A DNA stretch of 39,225 bases. Origin: a virus. Its lineage: Duplodnaviria > Caudoviricetes. Position numbers and translations under genes: made by a program. The stretch lies in the IMG/VR virus record IMGVR_UViG_3300020388_000005, positions 1-39,225 of that record; one strand, written 5' to 3'. The notes under the pieces are model-generated. The model was not told the origin of the DNA. It ran no database searches and saw only the letters and a program-made list of their open reading frames with translations. Within the stretch, counting starts at the first letter, position 1; every line of letters starts with the position of its first letter. Below are positions 1-7,462 of the stretch, in pieces.

Positions 1-77
1 GGCCTGGGTAACAGTGCCGCCAGTTGTCGGGCCAATGAGTTTGCCCGCTGTTGCCTCAAAAATGGATGCCATGGTTA
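1..77. repeat. 77-bp exact terminal overlap (copy 1); indicates a circular assembly
   Basis: Positions 1-77 are identical to 39149-39225; joining them places the 38855..39220 gene directly after the major capsid gene with an AGGAGG RBS. Confidence 0.95.
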
Positions 78-89
78 GTACCTCCTGGG

Positions 90-1118
90 TTAATCAAGGG
101 AGCTAACAACGGTCGAGCGGACGATCCCAATGTTCTTGGTTTCGTACACCTTCGACCAGTTGCCCACGGTTTCCAGCTGAGCGCGAGTTGGGTTCACCGT
201 GGTCACGCCCCACTTGGCACCGATCGGGTGGTAGCAGTACCCGAGCGAAATTGCAAGCGCGTCTGACAGGGATAAAATATCGCGGTCAGTTTCGGTCCTG
301 AGCGCAGTGACCTCAGATCCGCCAACAGCGCCCTGAGTCATGAAGTAAACGGCGTACTCCTTAGAAGCACCGCTTCCGTGGGTTTGCACGTCATCGCTGA
401 CCACAACCCGCATCCCCATGAAGACCGGAACAGTGGGGTTGCCAAATGCACCCGCAATCGAACCGCCGCTTGCGGTTGCGCCTGCAGCGGTATCCCCTGC
501 AGCGACGAAATCGACGGCCCTTCTTTCGACAAGCTCGTAATAAGTCGCGCTGTGCATGACCACAGCAGCCAACTTGTCGCCTTGATCGCCCAAGAGGTTC
601 TTGGCACGTGCGACGTGGCTAGGCGTCAATGAGGTTGGTGTATCGCCAGACTCAGAATCCAAACACAGGCCAAAGAAAGCACTGCTGGAAGAGTTGTTAT
701 TCAGCGATCCGAACACACCAGACAGACAGGAAACAAGATCCTTCTGCTTTTGGTGGTTGACGTAGCGGGCCATTTTCTGGCCAATCGCTCCGATGGGGTC
801 GGAGCCAGATGCCAATGCTGCAAGGTCTCTTGCTTCAAAGGCCCTGCCTCTACGAAGCAACACGCCGATCTGGCGATCTGCTTCGATTTTGCCTGGTGTC
901 AATGACGTGCTGTCGGTCAGCACCTCAAAGTCGCCAGAAAGGTTTGCCTTATAGAAAGGCACGGAAACAAAGTCTCCGCTGCCATCGCCGGAAGTATTTA
1001 GCTCGGCCATCGGTTGCACCACACCCGACTGCAAAAATGCGTCGGAACGGGTCGATTCCTCGATGACGTAAGGACTAAATACCTCGGGGATGATCAAATC
1101 TGACCGAAGGGTGGCCAT
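90..1118 (-). CDS. Major capsid protein
   Basis: 342 aa; N-terminal SDLIIPEVF..Y and F..SG motifs typical of siphovirus coat proteins; follows the scaffold gene; AGGAG RBS. Confidence 0.9.
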   Translation of the reverse strand: MATLRSDLIIPEVFSPYVIEESTRSDAFLQSGVVQPMAELNTSGDGSGDFVSVPFYKANLSGDFEVLTDSTSLTPGKIEADRQIGVLLRRGRAFEARDLAALASGSDPIGAIGQKMARYVNHQKQKDLVSCLSGVFGSLNNNSSSSAFFGLCLDSESGDTPTSLTPSHVARAKNLLGDQGDKLAAVVMHSATYYELVERRAVDFVAAGDTAAGATASGGSIAGAFGNPTVPVFMGMRVVVSDDVQTHGSGASKEYAVYFMTQGAVGGSEVTALRTETDRDILSLSDALAISLGYCYHPIGAKWGVTTVNPTRAQLETVGNWSKVYETKNIGIVRSTVVSSLD

Positions 1119-1145
1119 GATCTCCTGAAGTAGTGTTTACGGTGT

Positions 1146-1180
1146 GGGCGTAACCCGATTGGCTCGGCGTAGCGTTGCCA
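1146..1180 (-). promoter_or_regulatory. Two short hairpins with YTACG loops in the capsid gene leader
   Basis: GGG-TTACG-CCC (1146-1156) and TGGC..CGCTACGCCG..GCCA (1160-1180) on the minus strand; the same loop recurs at the scaffold start. Confidence 0.4.
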
Positions 1181-1191
1181 GTTGATTCATA

Positions 1192-1893
1192 TTAACGCTC
1201 GCGCAAACGTTTTTCCGCTTCAGCTTTGTAATTCTGCCAATTCTCAGGGTGCTTTCTAATAATTTCACCCAAGGCCGACATGTTGATGCCGCGATTGATG
1301 CCGCCGACGGTCAAGTCACGAAGCAAATCAGGATCTAGGCCACCGCTTGATGCACTACGCGCTGCAGGTGCGCCACCGCCCTGGGGCTTTGGAGCCTTCT
1401 GCACCCACTCCGGCACGTTGTTCCGAGCCCAATCAGCAACAGGAATTCGCTCATAGCCATCAACCACCACTGGGCCATTGTTGCCCTGCTCAATTTCCAT
1501 GTCCTTCAAATAATTCCGCATAACTAAGTCAGGGTCATGCACAACATCTGACAAGGCGCTAACTGCAGGCGCAGTCAACTCAAGATCACGTACACGGGTC
1601 TCAAGCTCTGCAATGCGTTCATCTTTTTTGGTGCTGTTTTCGCGAAACTGATGCTCTCTGGCTTGCAGTGCTTCGCTGTATTTGCCCTGTGATTCCAGTT
1701 GTTCTTGCTCTGATTTTGCCTTGAAGTCCATCAATTCTTGAACATTGACGCCTTCAGGCACTGATTTGGATTTTTTTAATTTACCAATCAGCTCGTGATT
1801 TTTACGCTCTAATGCTTCGACACTGCTTCTAAGCAGATCCAATTCATTAGTGTCTGCTGTAGGCGTAGCCTCTTGCAGTTGTTCTTCGGACAT
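1192..1893 (-). CDS. Capsid scaffolding protein
   Basis: 233 aa, acidic coiled-coil N-half, P..GGGAP motif, immediately upstream of the capsid gene. Confidence 0.8.
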   Translation of the reverse strand: MSEEQLQEATPTADTNELDLLRSSVEALERKNHELIGKLKKSKSVPEGVNVQELMDFKAKSEQEQLESQGKYSEALQAREHQFRENSTKKDERIAELETRVRDLELTAPAVSALSDVVHDPDLVMRNYLKDMEIEQGNNGPVVVDGYERIPVADWARNNVPEWVQKAPKPQGGGAPAARSASSGGLDPDLLRDLTVGGINRGINMSALGEIIRKHPENWQNYKAEAEKRLRER

Positions 1894-1928
1894 AAATAAC
1901 CCGTAAGGTTAATTGCAACCCAAATGTA

Positions 1929-2207
1929 CTACCAAAGAAATTTATTTGCCCAATAAGCCTTTGAGCTTGGCCCGCGTTTAATGTTTTGCGCGTGCCGGGC
2001 TTTCCAATTTTTGCGTGTTTCAGCAGCGGCTTTGCTTTCACCCTCACGTTTGGGGAAACGCTTTGCACCCTGCAGGCCAAACCTCAGCAGCTTTTCTTTG
2101 CCGTCAACCTTGGTGACTACCGCAGCCGCATATTTGGGGTGCTTTGTGGTCATGATCGGTTTGTTGAGGCCCTCGAAACGGTGGCCTCCTTTTTCAATAT
2201 TGGCCAT
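1929..2207 (-). CDS. Small basic hypothetical protein (FG..G ... WKARH ... YWANK motif)
   Basis: Start moved to MANIEK (2207), TAATG-coupled to the upstream ORF; 92 aa, K/R-rich. Confidence 0.75.
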   Translation of the reverse strand: MANIEKGGHRFEGLNKPIMTTKHPKYAAAVVTKVDGKEKLLRFGLQGAKRFPKREGESKAAAETRKNWKARHAQNIKRGPSSKAYWANKFLW

Positions 2208-2488
2208 TACTTCCGTTTTCTTGTGCTTGCCTTGGGCTTGGCCTTTGATTTTGGCCGCAACAGGTCCGCATCTGCCTGCCGCGCTTTGCCTTTGCCGGTC
2301 ACAAAACTGTTGACCCGGCCCATGGCCCAAGCCTCCATCGGCACGTTGCGCGATCCGCCCTCAAGGTAAGCACCTTGGCCACGGCGATAAACAGCAGATA
2401 GCTGCCCAAGTGTGAACCTGGACTTATCGGCCTTTTTTTTGAGCGCGGCCTTTGTTGCCTCGCTTAGTGGTTTTCTTTTTGGTGCCAC
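2207..2488 (-). CDS. Small basic protein resembling the C-terminal half of DUF5824-like viral proteins
   Basis: L..VYRRG.GAY..GGSR.....WAMGRVNSF motif; likely GTG start at 2488; family recalled from memory. Confidence 0.65.
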   Translation of the reverse strand: MAPKRKPLSEATKAALKKKADKSRFTLGQLSAVYRRGQGAYLEGGSRNVPMEAWAMGRVNSFVTGKGKARQADADLLRPKSKAKPKASTRKRK

Positions 2489-2666
2489 CTTGCTTGGTCC
2501 TCGATGCAGAAACGGCTTTGATGTCGATAAATTCGCCCGCCTTGTAAGCAGCCGCTGTGCGCTTGATCTCTCGGGCTTTGCTTGCGCGATTCTTGGCACC
2601 AGACAGGTACTTTTTCGGCAGGCCAGTGGCCTTGTCCTTTGAAACGCGCCGCATCTTCCGGGCCAT
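2424..2666 (-). CDS. Small basic protein resembling the N-terminal half of DUF5824-like viral proteins
   Basis: 80 aa; PKKYLSG...KAREIK...YKAG motif; TAATG-coupled to the upstream microprotein. Confidence 0.65.
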   Translation of the reverse strand: MARKMRRVSKDKATGLPKKYLSGAKNRASKAREIKRTAAAYKAGEFIDIKAVSASRTKQGGTKKKTTKRGNKGRAQKKGR

Positions 2667-2740
2667 TACTTCTTTTTCTTCTTGGGTTTTTTCTTGCCCG
2701 CAGGTTTTTGGGGCTTCATGGGGCCTTTGTAACTAGGCAT
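2666..2740 (-). CDS. 24-aa lysine-rich microprotein MPSYKGPMKPQKPAGKKKPKKKKK (not in ORF track)
   Basis: Manually translated; TGATG overlap at the start, TAATG overlap at the stop, AAGGAGG upstream. Confidence 0.65.
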   Translation of the reverse strand: MPSYKGPMKPQKPAGKKKPKKKKK

Positions 2741-2862
2741 CAGCTTTCCTCCTTGGATGCTTCTGTTTTAGCTGCTTTTTTCTTGGCAGCGGGCTTTTTT
2801 GGTGGGCAAGCCGGGGCCTCTTCGACGGTCGGTTTGAATTGAAACTTGCTGTGAAGTTGCAT
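2740..2862 (-). CDS. 40-aa basic microprotein MQLHSKFQFKPTVEEAPACPPKKPAAKKKAAKTEASKEES (not in ORF track)
   Basis: Manually translated; stop overlaps the next start (TGATG); fills the gap in the operon. Confidence 0.65.
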   Translation of the reverse strand: MQLHSKFQFKPTVEEAPACPPKKPAAKKKAAKTEASKEES

Positions 2863-2895
2863 GGGACAGGCCCTAACAGCATCACCAGCTTAACT

Positions 2896-3087
2896 TCAGC
2901 CGAAAAACTTGCTTACCAGATCGTTGTCTGCCTTGGTGAGCGAGCTTGCAAGCAAAATTTCCACCATCTGCCCCAGCTTCTCCCTGTGATCACCATCTGC
3001 AGCCTCGATGGCATCATGCAAGAGCCTTGGCACATTGCGGTTGTCGGGCCAGCCGCCAACCATCGCAACAGCTTCTTCAAGCGTCAT
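2896..3087 (-). CDS. Small acidic protein; candidate immunity partner of the MuF toxin domain
   Basis: 63 aa, start codon adjacent to the MuF stop; the immunity role is positional inference only. Confidence 0.6.
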   Translation of the reverse strand: MTLEEAVAMVGGWPDNRNVPRLLHDAIEAADGDHREKLGQMVEILLASSLTKADNDLVSKFFG

Positions 3088-5510
3088 TTAATAGCTTTTT
3101 GCATAGCATTATCGACCCAATCATAGAGGCCACTGGCCTTTTTCTTCAACCCGGCTGGATTCAAGACATATTGAACAAAGGCCTCAGCAAAGCGTTCTCT
3201 TTCATTCGTTAGACCGTATTGGCTGACTGAGGCTATCTGCCCAGGCACTTGGAATTGGCTGCCACTAAAAGCGCCCCCTTTAATACCAAAGTAGTGAACT
3301 TGGTGGCCAACCTCATGAAGGCTTGTAGATATCCAGCGTTGCTGTTTATTAATGCCAGCAGAATTTGAAAACGGTAGTTGACCTTTTCCAGTTTTTACAT
3401 AGTCCAAGCTTCGATTTAAAGTTTTTTCTGCAGCGTCGAGTAAATCTTTTTTCTTGCCTAGTGCCGAATCTCTTTGCATTGTAATGGCCACAACGCCTTG
3501 ACTTTGACGCGTGTATCCGTTGGCTCCTTTGTGTGGTGCGATGAGTGTCGGCAATACCTTTGTGTCACCTGCCTCAAGACGCTCCAGCATATATTCTGCC
3601 CACTCGGTTTCTTCGCCCGAAAAACCCTGCTTCTTAAGTGATGCAATCTTTGTTTTTTGTGACGCAGCAATAGCTTGAATTTTTGCGCCCTTGTAGCTTT
3701 GCAAAGCCTTTGAATTTTTTCTTATTTTTTCATCCCTAAAAGTGTAATGTTGAATCACATTATTTTTACGAACGAAGCTTCTATACTTTTCAATATTTTG
3801 TTTTCTTAAGGGGTCGTCTGACAAGGCCGTAAGCACCCGGTCAAAAGTTGCGCCAGTGCCGCCCACGGACTCCATATATTCAGCGACCTCTGGTGAATCA
3901 ACAAACTGAGCCTTAAAAGGCTTTTGCCTCTGCAAGTCACGACTTAATTTGTCGGCTTCTGCTTTGGTCTTAGCTGCAGCTGCTCTGGCCTTATCTGCAG
4001 CTGCTTTGGCTGCTGCTGTCTTTGCCTTAGCCCGTGCCAGCTCATCACGCAAATCCTGCGTTGTCTTTGGTTTGGCTTTAGGGGCCGCAGCTTTCTTGCT
4101 CTTTGTGATCTTGTCCGGCTCCCCATAACGGGAACGCAACTGTTTAAGGCTCACCTCTGAGCCGTCCTCACGCATGAATCGCTTCATGGCACCCTCCGGG
4201 CCATAGCGATCAGCCAAGCGGTTGTAATAACGGGCCTTCTCAAATGCTCCAGGCGTTGCATTGCCACCGTTCAGCATCCGGGCCTGGGCAGGGCTGGCAT
4301 CAAACCTTGATTTCTTGCCCGCCTTAGTCGTGCCCCGCAGGTCGTACAAATGCTGTGCTGCGCTAGTGCCTACAGGTACACGGCCACCTTTGGGGTCTGC
4401 ACTAGACGGCGTGCCCTCTTTAGTCGGGCGATAGCCAATCTTTGAACTAGGTGGTGGAATATCAATCCCAAATTTCTTGGATGCGCCCGCGTAATCAATC
4501 ACCGGCACAGTCGTAGATCTGCAACCGAAATGTGGTGGGTTGGCTGGGGTTGGCCCCTTGCCGTAGAAGAACTCCTTCTGATCAAGGTTGCGGCAAATCG
4601 CCGTGGTGTTGCTATCCAGCGTGGCAATCCACCTGTACTTCTTCGTGAGGTTTGGGTTGGCCTTATAAACCTGCAAGCTCGCAGCGTTTGACGTGGCGTT
4701 GACGCTGGTCCTCACCAACGTCCGTACCTGATGCTTTGCCATCTTCCAAGCGTTGCCCTGTTGGGCCAAGGCCACCTGACGTGGGGTCAGTGCCTCAGTT
4801 GAAAAGCCCAGTTCTCCATACAAAGACCGTGCAATCGATTCTGTGCTTTCACCTGTGAGCAGGCCATCCAGCACCGCACGCGAGAACAGATCGCCCTGGC
4901 GTTCAGCTAAACCGCGAAATGCTTTGACAATGCTGGTGCCATCAGGCATCCGAATAACAGCGCCCTGCCGTGCCGTCAGCTTCATCACTGCGCCTGGCCC
5001 TTTCACTGCCTCCTCAAAGCTTTCCTGCAAAAGGTTGGTGCCTACATCCAGTGGGTCAGCTTTCACCACAGCCTTGGCAAAGGACTCAGTGACCTCGACC
5101 GTCCTTACCTGAGTCTTGACCGCTGCAGGCACTACCCTTTGCAGCTCCGCTCTGGCAAACGCAACCTCAACATCAGCCAAGCCATCCAGCTGTTGAATTA
5201 ACTCGTTGATGCTTTGCCCAGACCACTTCTTCATAGCGTCCAGGTTTTGCTTTATCAGGGCCCGCATCCGTGCAGCCTTGAACTGCGGCTTTTTGCTGCT
5301 TGGCATCTTGTCGATGCGCTCCAGCTCTCGCACAGCCTTGACGATTTGCCGTCGGTAAGACTCCAGCAGCTTGTTCGCGACGCCATTGCTGAACCGATTT
5401 AGATCTAGTGCCTTGCGGTAGTAGCTCTCAGGCACTCCCGCAACGCCACCAGGCTTGATGGTGTTATCAAGAAACCTGACCTGTTCCCCAGCACTAGGCG
5501 TTGCAGTCAC
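3084..5510 (-). CDS. muf: MuF / SPP1 gp7-like minor head protein with a C-terminal zincin (HExxH) metallopeptidase extension
   Basis: RTLVRT, W.ATLD..T..IC..LD and PPHFGCRST MuF motifs; Ala/Lys linker; C-terminal LHEVGHQVH...SQYG.TN..ERFAEAF. Confidence 0.88.
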   Translation of the reverse strand: MTATPSAGEQVRFLDNTIKPGGVAGVPESYYRKALDLNRFSNGVANKLLESYRRQIVKAVRELERIDKMPSSKKPQFKAARMRALIKQNLDAMKKWSGQSINELIQQLDGLADVEVAFARAELQRVVPAAVKTQVRTVEVTESFAKAVVKADPLDVGTNLLQESFEEAVKGPGAVMKLTARQGAVIRMPDGTSIVKAFRGLAERQGDLFSRAVLDGLLTGESTESIARSLYGELGFSTEALTPRQVALAQQGNAWKMAKHQVRTLVRTSVNATSNAASLQVYKANPNLTKKYRWIATLDSNTTAICRNLDQKEFFYGKGPTPANPPHFGCRSTTVPVIDYAGASKKFGIDIPPPSSKIGYRPTKEGTPSSADPKGGRVPVGTSAAQHLYDLRGTTKAGKKSRFDASPAQARMLNGGNATPGAFEKARYYNRLADRYGPEGAMKRFMREDGSEVSLKQLRSRYGEPDKITKSKKAAAPKAKPKTTQDLRDELARAKAKTAAAKAAADKARAAAAKTKAEADKLSRDLQRQKPFKAQFVDSPEVAEYMESVGGTGATFDRVLTALSDDPLRKQNIEKYRSFVRKNNVIQHYTFRDEKIRKNSKALQSYKGAKIQAIAASQKTKIASLKKQGFSGEETEWAEYMLERLEAGDTKVLPTLIAPHKGANGYTRQSQGVVAITMQRDSALGKKKDLLDAAEKTLNRSLDYVKTGKGQLPFSNSAGINKQQRWISTSLHEVGHQVHYFGIKGGAFSGSQFQVPGQIASVSQYGLTNERERFAEAFVQYVLNPAGLKKKASGLYDWVDNAMQKAIK

Positions 5511-5776
5511 ACGCCCTCCAAACCCAATTCGGCAGGGTCACAATCCACATAAACAAACACGTCAGCCCCATCTCGCAAAGCTGTACCTACTACTGCGGTG
5601 AACTTTGCTGTATTAATCATCCAATCGTCGCTTTCCCTCAACTTTGTTTCTTGTATTCCGCTGATTTGGCCGTTGTCGTACCAAGTAGTTCTCACAATCC
5701 CAAAATGTGGACCCATACAACTGCCCTGATACACAAATAGGTTTCGCTCTCGACGCTCCGACTTATTCCGCCACAT
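5507..5776 (-). CDS. Hypothetical protein between portal and MuF
   Basis: 89 aa, overlaps both neighbours (GTGA coupling to MuF). Confidence 0.65.
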   Translation of the reverse strand: MWRNKSERRERNLFVYQGSCMGPHFGIVRTTWYDNGQISGIQETKLRESDDWMINTAKFTAVVGTALRDGADVFVYVDCDPAELGLEGV

Positions 5777-7214
5777 CTTCTACGTCCTCATCTTCTTCTG
5801 GCAGCGTATCTTCATCCTCTTCCTCGGGCTCTTGCTCCTGCTCTGGTTCAGGCTCCTGCGTGCCTGATAGACCGCCCATTTCAAGCGCCTCCAGCTCTTC
5901 TTCAACATCCAGATCATCAAGCACCTCTCCCTTGTTGAGTTCTTCAAGCAAGGTTTTCTGGGTGATAGTCCCGGCAGTGTAAAGCTGCAGCAATGCTTGT
6001 ATTTCTTGCGGCTGCAAACGTTGACCCATAAAGTCACGATTGACGTAAACCGTGCCTGGCTGGCTTTCGTTTAGATATTCGGCATGAAAACGCAAACAGT
6101 TGTCCAGCAGATCTTGCATTTGCTGAGCAATCAGCATCATGGTGCTGTCGCCTTGACTGCGGTCAATGCGCTTGGACTCGGCTGTTTCTGCTGACAGCTT
6201 TTGGCCCAAGACACTGGCCAACGCAAGCGTATTGATTTCTGTCGCGATCCGGTCCAGGTGCTTGAACTGCGCCTCGTAACTGTTGCCAGATGGCTCAATA
6301 AACTCAACTCTCGAATCAGTAGGCAGACTCATGGCTTCTGATGGGCCAGCCGTTATTTCTTCCGCGCTTGGCGGCATCCCGTAAATGGCCAAGAAAGGCA
6401 CTGCACTAATTCTCAACTGGTTGCTGAGATCAGAGCTTGCCTGATAGTGCTTAAGGTTTAGCTCTGCGATGTCATTCATTGGTGGCCGCGACTCAAGCAC
6501 GCCAAAGCGGTTGGAATATGCCACCGCAAACGGAATTTCTTTGACAGTGGTTGTGCCCTCGTCAAACAACTTGAATTCACCGTCCTGTTCTTTGCGGTGT
6601 ATCTCGTAAGCACCGGGAGTCAGGACTCGGACCTGCTCAACAACCTTCTCCCCGTATTTACCGTCGGGCTCAGTAATCGTTTCAAATAAACGCAGCTGAG
6701 TCAGCTTCTGTGCGCCATCAATAATTTCACTTCGCCAGCCAAGGATGTCCCTTGGGCTGTAGCGAACGAAGTATGGTCTTCCGCTGCCATCAGACGAAGC
6801 ATCGACCAGAACACCTACATGGCCATAACGCAGGCAAATTCTTGTTGCCTCATAGAGAAACTGCGTGATGTCGTTTCCCTGCAAATCTGCATCGAACAGT
6901 TGCTCTGTGATCGTGTCACTTACGTCGGTCAATCTGACCGGCTTGCGGGTCAACATGCCCGCCAACATTTTTTCGATGCGAGCGTAGAAAGGGCTGAGAC
7001 AGCTAATTTTTAGACGATTATCGTATGAAAGATCATCCTCGCGTGGGTATTGCGGAAGAAATTTTCTGTGACCCTTACGCAGGCCGTAGGTGCCCGATAA
7101 CAGGACTTCGAGAAGGCTCCAATGGTCAGCCATTTGCATATACGCCTGGTTAGGCGAATCAACACTGCTGACGCTGCCAACACGCTTAGCGCCACCAATC
7201 CCAGATGAATACAC
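5763..7214 (-). CDS. Portal protein (DUF4055-like)
   Basis: 483 aa after terL; LPQYPRE...Y..RL, DADLQGN and IPF motifs; acidic low-complexity tail. Confidence 0.88.
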   Translation of the reverse strand: MYSSGIGGAKRVGSVSSVDSPNQAYMQMADHWSLLEVLLSGTYGLRKGHRKFLPQYPREDDLSYDNRLKISCLSPFYARIEKMLAGMLTRKPVRLTDVSDTITEQLFDADLQGNDITQFLYEATRICLRYGHVGVLVDASSDGSGRPYFVRYSPRDILGWRSEIIDGAQKLTQLRLFETITEPDGKYGEKVVEQVRVLTPGAYEIHRKEQDGEFKLFDEGTTTVKEIPFAVAYSNRFGVLESRPPMNDIAELNLKHYQASSDLSNQLRISAVPFLAIYGMPPSAEEITAGPSEAMSLPTDSRVEFIEPSGNSYEAQFKHLDRIATEINTLALASVLGQKLSAETAESKRIDRSQGDSTMMLIAQQMQDLLDNCLRFHAEYLNESQPGTVYVNRDFMGQRLQPQEIQALLQLYTAGTITQKTLLEELNKGEVLDDLDVEEELEALEMGGLSGTQEPEPEQEQEPEEEDEDTLPEEDEDVEDVAE

Positions 7215-7262
7215 GGCTAAGCCCCTACCAATAATTTGATATTAATCGAGAGAACTGCAGAC

Positions 7263-7292
7263 ACAAGAAAAGGGCAGTTACCTGCCCCTCTC
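7263..7292 (-). terminator. Intrinsic terminator
   Basis: GAGAGGGGCAG-GTAA-CTGCCCTTTTC hairpin with a GNRA loop and T-rich tail. Confidence 0.75.
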
Positions 7293-7460
7293 AATATTCA
7301 ACTGGAAGGGGAGAACACAGCGTCTAGGGCGAACCCCGACCCGATCCAAATTGACTATACAGCGGTCACCGCTCCGGAGAGCTGGGGGTAACTCGGCCCC
7401 CTGGTGAGTTCTGTACCGTGGACTTTGACCCGGCAGCCCGCAAGCCATAGCCGGTTCTGC
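7265..7460 (-). ncRNA. Candidate structured non-coding RNA between terL and portal
   Basis: About eight mutually compatible helices found by hand, TATATT -10 box at 7465-7470 and a terminator at the 3' end; longest non-coding gap in an otherwise compact genome. Confidence 0.55.
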
Positions 7461-7462
7461 AA

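Noticed and set aside
1-77. Terminal repeat as a biological direct terminal repeat
   Set aside because: It cuts through a gene start and its 77-nt length matches a common assembly k-mer; best read as a circular-assembly overlap
5763-5860. Acidic repeat at the portal C-terminus
   Set aside because: Ordinary low-complexity tail seen in many portal proteins
7381-7460. Twister-like ribozyme on the plus strand (TAACTCGGCC...GCAAGC)
   Set aside because: The required 3' pairing strands are absent, and the terminator orientation favours a minus-strand transcript
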